The notes below the pieces were generated by a model, which was given only the letters and a program-made list of their open reading frames with translations, had not been told where the DNA came from and searched no databases. Shown here piece after piece: positions 55,555-64,000 of a stretch of 64,000 bases of DNA (its first letter is position 1; every line of letters starts with the position of its first letter). This DNA comes from Amoebidium appalachense (Eukaryota; Protista; Ichthyosporea), in assembly GCA_963693365.1 (NCBI GenBank), contig CAVNZM010000015.1, positions 6,039,331 through 6,103,330 of the forward strand. The letters are read 5' to 3'. A program made the translations under genes and the position numbers.

Positions 55555-57339
55555 GCACTTATACCCATCAGCACAAGTCCGGATGTCCTTAACCCCCCAT
55601 TAAATTGTCTGATGGGTTGCGAATGCATACGGGATATATGAAAGACGTCTTTCGGGCTTTCATGTCTTTTACGTCTTAAAGATATCTTGGACGGATTGAG
55701 GACATATTTTTATCATCCCGGAACATGGGGTAGTTAACAGATGTCCTAAAGACGTCTGCACTCATTCTACAGGATGTCTATGAGAGATACCGATACATAT
55801 TATATAGATGTGTGTAAGATGCATTATACACGCAAGTAAGTTGACACAAGGCGCTCGTGGGATGGGCGTAGAGATATGTTAAAGATGTACTGCGGAGATC
55901 TTAGTACAATCTTTATCCTCTCTTAATCCCGTATGGCCATGCAACATTTGCGAAACGAACTGATTGCGTTAGAATGTCGTCAGGATATATCACAGCTAGG
56001 CAGTGGATCATCTAAGGAGATCTTTGGAGAGTTCTTTTGTAGCGCTATTGGCCATCCAAATTATATCTTCAAGACAGGCCATGTCTGTGCATGTGATATG
56101 CTAACGCAATCTTAGGCAAGTATTGGTGATACCTTTCTGTGATCTTCACGCCCTATTTGGGGTAGCTTAAAGATGTTCAGAGTTGCAATTAGGTATTGTG
56201 TTAGGATTACTTTAGGACCTCTTTAAGGCTTTACTGGGATCGATTTAGATGATCTTTAAGTGTTCCCTGGGATAGAAAAGCAAAGCACGTATCGCTATCC
56301 TCAGCCACGGCGTCTTCACCACCCGGTCAATGCCGATTACCCAGGACCACGATCCATGATGGGCGGGTTAGCTCAATATATACGGCCGGAAAAGGGGTTT
56401 CGCATTTGATTGTGGGATAGATCACTCCAACGTTTTTGATTGGTTGTTTTTTAGGATCGAATTTCACACTGCATTCACAATGAAGGCGTCACAAGGTACG
56501 CTTGAAACATGAAACATGAAGGCGTCGCGCAGGTGCGCGCGAGGCGTTGATAGCCAATGGAAACAAAGATTTACTGGAGGGGTGCAAACCAGAATCCGAA
56601 GCACTGTTATCATTACAATCATGATCCGTCTAATGTAAGTAAAACTGGGGCATTCAACTGCCAAATACAGAAGTTTTAGTTATAATAATATTTAAGGTAC
56701 CTATAAATTAGGCGAGATACCTTGGCAAACGGTGCAATGCCTGCGCGGAGCAAGTGGCCGGTGCGTGGAATTTACCCTAAATAAACACATTAAAAAATAA
56801 AAAAAATAAAAAAATGCACAAAAAACGCAAAAAAACGCAAAGATATATATCGCATACCTTAGGAAGCTCCTAAGAATATCATCACGCTATACTAGAGCTA
56901 TACTTACTATTCTGTCAGTACGTCCTGAATAAATACGCCAACCATACCTGAAACTGCAGTGCGGATCGCCGACCATAAAACTCCTTACACCCCACCACCC
57001 TAAGATACACTCCCTCCTCACCTTCTTGCAGTCTAATATAGCAGCTGTTGTATGGGAATATTTTTCTTTTCACTGGAAGAGGCAGATCCCCCCGTGGAGT
57101 CCCCCGTGCTTCAGCAGGCGTTAAGCCCGCTAGGAACAACTGCAGCTGTAGCGGCAGGAACTTTAGGCAATTGCCACGTCCTTCAAGCCTGGGGCTGGGG
57201 TCGAAGTTCCCTTCTGATGCAAAATAGGCATCCAGCTTTGCAAGGTGCAGGCCTTTCTTATCCTGCAAGCCTGTGTTTGGGACAAAAGGATTCGAGTGGA
57301 TCAGAGTAATCTTCCGCAGCGCAGCGGCGGGCCCGCCGG

Positions 57340-57374
<35 letters not shown>

Positions 57375-58223
57375 GTTGCCATTGCCTTGGAAATAGCCAC
57401 CCAATGTGTAAACCCCCCCCCCCCCCCCCCCCCCCACCCCAAAAAAAAAGCACACCATACAATGACCCCCCACCCCCACATGGACCCAACCTATGGGACC
57501 AGCAAATTTAAGTGGGGGTGTGTGAGCCATCACGTTTGATGCCTCCCCCCCCCCCCCTTCCCCCCCCCCCTCCCCCCCCCCCCTCCCCCCCCCCTCCCCC
57601 CCCCCCCCCCCCCCCTCCCCCCCCCCCCCCCCCTCTCCCCCCCGTCCATTCGGAGGGTTTTGGCAGATATTGAGATTTTAGATTTTTCGTCTTGAAATTC
57701 CCCGATCACGTTCCCCCCTCCGTCGGGAAAAAATCCTACGGACTCCCCCGTGTGTACTTTGCATTAACATACCTTCCCATTGGGAAAACAAAAAAAAACT
57801 GCATCGAAATCCGTCCATTCTGAGGGTTTTTGCACGTTTTTTCCCTCCACAACACATGCACACTATAGAATGACCCCCCCCCCTCTTGGACCCCCCCTGA
57901 TGGGCCGGCAAATGCCCGTGGGGATGTGTGGGTGAACGTGGGCACTCCCCCCCACCCCCATCTACGTTTGGTGGTGAGAAAGTCAGCTACTTGCTAAAGG
58001 AAAGGGTGTTTGGGTTTTTTGAATACGAAGGCTGGTATGTTGCATGCGGGACTGGAGAAAACACTGAAATTCCCCGATCACGTCCCCCCCCACCTCCGTC
58101 GGGAAAAAAATTCTACGGACTCCCCCGTGTGTACTTTGCATTAACATGCACACATGCACACACACGGTGCACCCCCCCCCCTCCCCTTCCCTCTCAACTG
58201 AGCACATACACACACACATACAT

Positions 58224-58264
<41 letters not shown>

Positions 58265-58421
58265 ACACACATGCACACATGCACACATGCACGGACACGA
58301 ATCCCCCCCTTCCCCTTCCCTCTCCACCGAGCACATGCACACATGCACAGACATGCACGCCCACACACACACAACACACACGATGCACACAGACATGCAC
58401 ACACACACAAACACACAACAC

Positions 58422-58492
<71 letters not shown>

Positions 58493-60448
58493 CACACACA
58501 CGGTGCATTTCCCCCCTCCCCTTCCCTCTCAACAGAGCACACACACACACACGTGCACACATGCACACACACGGTGCATCCCCCCTCTCCCCCCCTTCCC
58601 TTTCAACTGAGCACATACACACACACAGACATGCACACACACACAACATACACAGACATCCACACATCAGACACAGAACAGCTTCTAGCACGAGACATTT
58701 ACCACAAAGTTTATGGCGGGGATGGTGAATATGCCCCTGGAGTACGAGGGTCACACGAAAAAAACACAACGTTGTAGCTCGTATAGAACCCCCCTTGCAG
58801 CATAGTATAAGTACATGTGTTACCTAGACATTATTCGTTTTTTCAATAACTACCCACATAACAGCTTCTAGCACGAGAGCTTTACCGCAATGTTTATGGG
58901 GGGGATGGTGAATGTGCCCCTGGAGTACGAGGGTCACACGAAAAAAACACAACGTTGTAGCTCGTATAGAACCCCCCTTGTAGCATAGTATATGTACATA
59001 GTATGTTGCCTAGACATTATTGGTTTTTTCAATAACTACCCACAGAACAGCTTCTAGCACGAGACATTTACCAGAACGTTTATGGGGGGGATGGAGAATG
59101 TGCCCCTGGAGTACGAGGGTCACACGAAAAAAACACAATGTTGTAGCTCGAATAGACCCCCCTTGTAGCATAGTATATGTCCATGTGTTACCTAGACATT
59201 ATTGGTTTTTTCAATAACTACCCACAGAACAGCTTCTAGCACGAGACATTTACCACAACGTTTATGGGGGGGATGGTGAATGTGCCCCTGGAGTACAAGG
59301 GTCACACGAAAAAAACACAACGTTGTAGCTCGAATAGAACCCCCCTTGCAATTGTAGCATAGTATATGTACATGTGTTACCTAGACATTATTGGTTTTTT
59401 CAATAACTACCCACAGAACAGCTTCTAGCACGAGACCTTTACCACAACGTTTATGGGGGATATGGTGAATGTGCCCCTGGAGTACGAGGGTCACACGAAA
59501 AAAACACAACGTTGTAGCTCGTATAGAACCCCCCTTGTAGCATAGTATATGTACATATGTTACCTAGACATTATTGGTCTTTCAATAACTACCCACAGAA
59601 CAGCCTCTAGCACGAGAGATTTACCACAACGTTTATGGGGGGGATGGTGAATGGGCCCCTGGAGTACGAGGGTCACACGAAAAAAACACAACGTTGTAGC
59701 TCGTATAGAACCCCCCTTGTAGCATAGTATATGTACATAGTATGTTACCTAGACATTATTGGTGTTTTCAATAACTACCCACAGAACAGCTTCTAGCACG
59801 AGAAATTTACCAGAAAGTTTATGGGGGGGATGGAGAATGTGCCCCTGGAGTACGAGGGTCACACGAAAAAAACACAATGTTGTAGCTCGAATAGAACCCC
59901 CCTTGTAGCATAGTATATGTACATATGTTACCTAGACATTATTGGTTTTTCAATAACTACCCACAGAACAGCCTCTAGCACGAGAGATTTACCACAAAGT
60001 TTATGGGGGGGATGGTGAATGGGCCCCTGGAGTACGAGGGTCACACAAAAAAAATACAACATTGTAGCTCGAATAGAACATCCCCTTGTAGCATAGCATA
60101 TGTACATGTGTTACCTAGACATTATTCGTTTTTTCAATAACTACCCACAGAACAGCTTCTAGCACGAGAACTTTACCACAAAGTTTATGGGGGGGATGGT
60201 GAATGTGCCCCTGGAGTACGAGGGTCACACGAAAAAAACACAACGGTGTAGCTCGTATAGAACCCCCTTTGTAGCATAGTATATGTACATAGTATGTTAC
60301 CTAGACATTATTGGTTTTTTCAATAACTACCCACATGCGGCATGTGTTACTTTCACGTTATTGGTTTCCTAGCACGGGATATTCAGCACACAGTTGGGGA
60401 TGTGGGGGCAGTGTACACCTCAATATTGGTAAGGTGGTGGTGGGTGGG

Positions 60449-60479
<31 letters not shown>

Positions 60480-60958
60480 AGGGGGGGGTTCCACACAACC
60501 GAAACTGTCGGTGTTACAAGTGGTTCGGTCTTAGGAAGTTAGAATGGTGATTTTTTTTTATTCATAGCGGGAAACAATATTATCCCCATTGCATATGGGG
60601 GGAACGAGGAGGGGGGGGGGGGGGGGGGGGGTTTCACAACGAATTCTATCGACTGTGCATAATTAATGTATATTGCACATGTAGCCTGAAAGATTAAAGT
60701 GAATGTGTGTATGTATATGTGCGAGTATATTTGTGTATGCAATACATGTACAAAGTTTTCGTCTTTGTAGGTGGGTGGGTGGGGTGGGTGGGGGGGGGGG
60801 GGGGGGGGGGGGTGCGGGGGGGGGGAAGAGGGAGGGGGGAGGGGGCATCATGATCAGGGATAACAGGGTGTGTGCGTGTGTGCGCTTGTGTGTGCATGTG
60901 CTGTGTATGTTGTGTAGGTGTGCGCCTGTGTGTGTGTGCGTGCCTGTGTGTGCGCGCC

Positions 60959-60990
<32 letters not shown>

Positions 60991-61016
60991 GTGCATGTGT
61001 GAGTGTGTGTGCGTGC

Positions 61017-61066
<50 letters not shown>

Positions 61067-61650
61067 TTTCAAAGAAGTCGAAAGCGCCAGTAACACCCAT
61101 GTTGAAAAAAAGACAAGCAAGCACGCTAAGAAGGACAGCAAGAAGTAACAGAAACCCTTTCATGCCGAAAAAATGGTCAAGAACAAAGAAGTGGAGGACA
61201 CGTAACTATAGTCTGATAGTTGTGACTAAGGCACGGCCATCTAGAAACACCAGATGGCCGTGGACTAAGGGCACTAAGGGTAGCGCTAAGGGCACCAAGC
61301 CGGATGCACGCGCGCGCGCGAGCCCAAATCTATTTTCATCTTTTTCCTAATCAGGCGCGGCGAATAGTGATTGGCTAAATCCCAATCCGGTTTGCAATTT
61401 TTTCTCCATTTAAGCCTGTACGCACGTTGTTTGCTCCATTTCTCTTCCCCCTTCCCGCAGGTCCGCAGGTCCTTTCCCGCAGGTCGCCTGGTCGCAGGTC
61501 CCTTCCCGCAGGTCGCCTGGTCGCAGTTCCCTTCCCGCAGGTCGCCTGGTCACAGATCCCCTCCGCAGATCCCGCAGCCACCGTGCTGATTGTTTTGGAC
61601 CATGCTGCCCTTTGAAGGTTAGTTTTGTGTTGCCTGCTTTTCTGCATATG
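55555..61650. mobile_element. Inverted partial second copy of the TIR element (matches 48361-53287)
   Basis: Colinear reverse complement with scattered substitutions and indels. It lacks the terminal ~240 bp and is cut by Copia-E at 61651. Confidence 0.85.
58675..60332. repeat. ~181-bp tandem repeat, about 9 copies
   Basis: Reverse complement of the unit at 49648-50200. Confidence 0.92.
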
Positions 61651-62680
61651 TGTTAAATTTTATAAGTATTTGGATGTAAGCAGAGACACAGTGGTGCAGT
61701 GTGAAAACACCACAGACACACACAACAACAAAACACGGAACGATCGGAGCAGTGTACACAACAGACATCAATGTTTAGACACGACTAAACTGAATTTATT
61801 CTGATCTTCGAATAAATACCTGAAATTCCTCTAAGTCCAATCCATACATGATTTCCGACCAATCGGAAATCAGATCTATCTCTAATAGAAACCAATCACT
61901 AAGAACTAATTGCTTTCAGAGAGATCCGGTACGCGGAGACGCACACGATAGGACACAGACACTAGTTAAGGTCAACTCGTGTCATCATCAAGGAAGTTCT
62001 AACCTATGACATACTGCAAAGACTCAGACATATCACACTTAACCTTGATGATTGGTTAAAGCCCGGCAACACATGAAAACTAAAGTGAATTAATGAAGTC
62101 TAAACACACATGCTATTCTAAGTGTAGCCTAAGTGTGTTACCGTCCAATGAACACGTATTAAGTAACACAAATCTACCTAACATATATTAGTAGAAAAGA
62201 AATACGATTATACACACGAAGACAAAGAGAGAAAGAAAAGAAAATAAGGAAGGAGAAAGAGGAAGGAAAAGAGAGCACAGATCAACAAACAAGATAGTAA
62301 TAGCATAACTATAACCAGAGATATTTATGTACACACGAACATGTACACGTCTCTCCCTGAGTGGGTGGATCCGTGTACACACATATAAATATTCTAATCG
62401 ATATTACAATACACGATTAGAGCCGATACAACACGATTACAAGTATACAAGCATATCGGAGATCGATGCTACACTTTACATAATAGGAGTGTGGCATATA
62501 CGCTAAGCATATGAACTGAAACATAACACAAACTGAGAAGATCTTACCATATGTAAATACTACGTATTACAACATCCCCACTTAAGACTTTGAAGTTTGT
62601 GTTATCATATCCCCACTAAACTAGTGAAATCTCCCCACTTGAGAACAGAAACGAAAAAAAAAATTAAAGTGTGTACTTTT

Positions 62681-62769
<89 letters not shown>

Positions 62770-64000
62770 GGGGGGGGGGAAGGGGGGGGGGGAGAGGGGG
62801 GGGGGGGGGAGGGGGGGGGGGGGGAAGGGGGGGGGGGGGGGGGGGGGGAAGGAACCGGGGCAAAAACAACGAATATGTATAACGTGTATAGTCGGGGTTT
62901 GATTAACTGGGTTTTAAACCAGTGAAAGATAGAGTAGAGTCATGGTACAGGTCAAACCTTATATATAAACCCTAAGTGGGCATACCCACAAAGGCAATAT
63001 TCATATGAAATAATGATTATGATAAAGGAAGTAGTAAACATTAGAAAATCACTCTTGAAGTAGGACGGGTCAATCCACAATATCCGGTAAACAAAGTCGA
63101 GCACGATTGTTGACATGACTCGGGCCGGGGAGGGGTTTGGTGAGGATGTCAGCTAAGTTGTGGGCTGACTCAACGTAGTGGACAACCACGTCCCCACTTG
63201 CAATGTAGTCCTTGGTGTTGTGATACCGGACGGCAATGTGTTTGGTACGGTGCTTGATGCCGGTGGAGTTGACGATGGCAATGGTCGACTGGTTGTCACA
63301 GTACACCGGAGTCGGAGCAAGCATGGGACAGCCGAGTTCCTTGAAGAGGTCACGGACCCAAGCAACTTCTTGGGTGCCAGCATTGAGAGCAATCAGCTCA
63401 GCTTCAGTGGTGCTGGTGGACGTGATGGGCTGGAGCTTGGAGTACCAGATGATGGGCATACCAGCAAACTCGATGATGTAGCCGGTGGTAGACTTCTTGC
63501 TGTCGGCACAACCAGCAAAGTCAGCATCCGTGTAGCATTCGAGTATGGGGGCCTGGGTGGCCGAGTACTTGTAGTCAATGCCAAGGTCAATGGTGCCGAG
63601 CAGGTACCGGGCCACACGACGGAGAAGGTCCCAGTGAGTCTTGCCGGGGTTGGTGCTGAACCGACCAAGGAAGCCGATGGCATAGGCAATGTCGGGACGT
63701 GTGCACCGTGCCACCCAGAGGAGACGGCCGAGTAACTCACGGTAGGGCACGGTGAACGGTTGGGGGGGGCAGTCAGCCAGGGAGACGGTGGTGCCTGCAG
63801 GGATGGGGGTAGACTTGGACTTGGCATCGGTGAGGTTGAAGTCGTGGATGATATCCATGATGTAAGACTTCTGGTGCATGTGGAGGTGATGGGGATCAGA
63901 GTGATTAAAATCAACACCGAGCATACGGTCAAATGGACTCATACGACAGCTGGCCATCTTGCTGATGTGGGCAGCCAGGTCACGGGCAGCAGTAGAACCC
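61651..64000 (-). mobile_element. 3' part of a Copia element (Copia-E), running off the window
   Basis: 3' LTR 61651-62574 preceded on the minus strand by PPT aagtgggga, with a pol ORF upstream. Confidence 0.92.
63070..64000 (-). CDS. Copia-E RT C-terminus and RNase H (partial)
   Basis: YRELLGRLLW, TRPDIA, YTDADFAG, STTEAE, RTKHIAVRYH and NLADILTKPL motifs. Confidence 0.93.
   Translation of the reverse strand, partial: GSTAARDLAAHISKMASCRMSPFDRMLGVDFNHSDPHHLHMHQKSYIMDIIHDFNLTDAKSKSTPIPAGTTVSLADCPPQPFTVPYRELLGRLLWVARCTRPDIAYAIGFLGRFSTNPGKTHWDLLRRVARYLLGTIDLGIDYKYSATQAPILECYTDADFAGCADSKKSTTGYIIEFAGMPIIWYSKLQPITSTSTTEAELIALNAGTQEVAWVRDLFKELGCPMLAPTPVYCDNQSTIAIVNSTGIKHRTKHIAVRYHNTKDYIASGDVVVHYVESAHNLADILTKPLPGPSHVNNRARLCLPDIVD

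Noticed and set aside
58675-60332. Regular array as a possible CRISPR
   Set aside because: Whole ~181-bp units repeat with no unique spacers, so it is a tandem satellite.
62683-62848. Very long poly-G tract as a functional element
   Set aside because: Homopolymer length is unreliable in assemblies and such runs are ubiquitous here.

Overview
Eukaryotic, microsatellite- and homopolymer-rich genomic DNA. Bases 1-3.1 kb hold an intronless, virus-like gene cluster: a possible Fic C-terminus, a patatin phospholipase, C2H2 zinc fingers and fragments resembling a D5/SF3 primase-helicase. Bases 5-13 kb hold an intron-rich RsmH/MraW (METTL15-family) rRNA methyltransferase gene, followed by a small membrane-anchored coiled-coil ORF. 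From ~14.8 kb onward the window is a nested transposon stack. It contains two Ngaro-type tyrosine-recombinase retrotransposons, both inserted at (CA)n tract ends, and four Ty1/Copia elements, one with an intact 1.6-kaa polyprotein. It also contains a solo LTR, a Gypsy-derived non-autonomous LTR element, and large non-coding CACTA/CMC-like TIR elements with a 2-bp TSD. The most unusual feature is a 659-bp miniature LTR retrotransposon (TRIM) whose LTRs each carry a tRNA-Phe-derived cloverleaf. A third, fold-back-rearranged copy of that LTR is fused to the 5' end of the intact Copia, inside that Copia's TSD. All coordinates were read by eye; no database searches were run.
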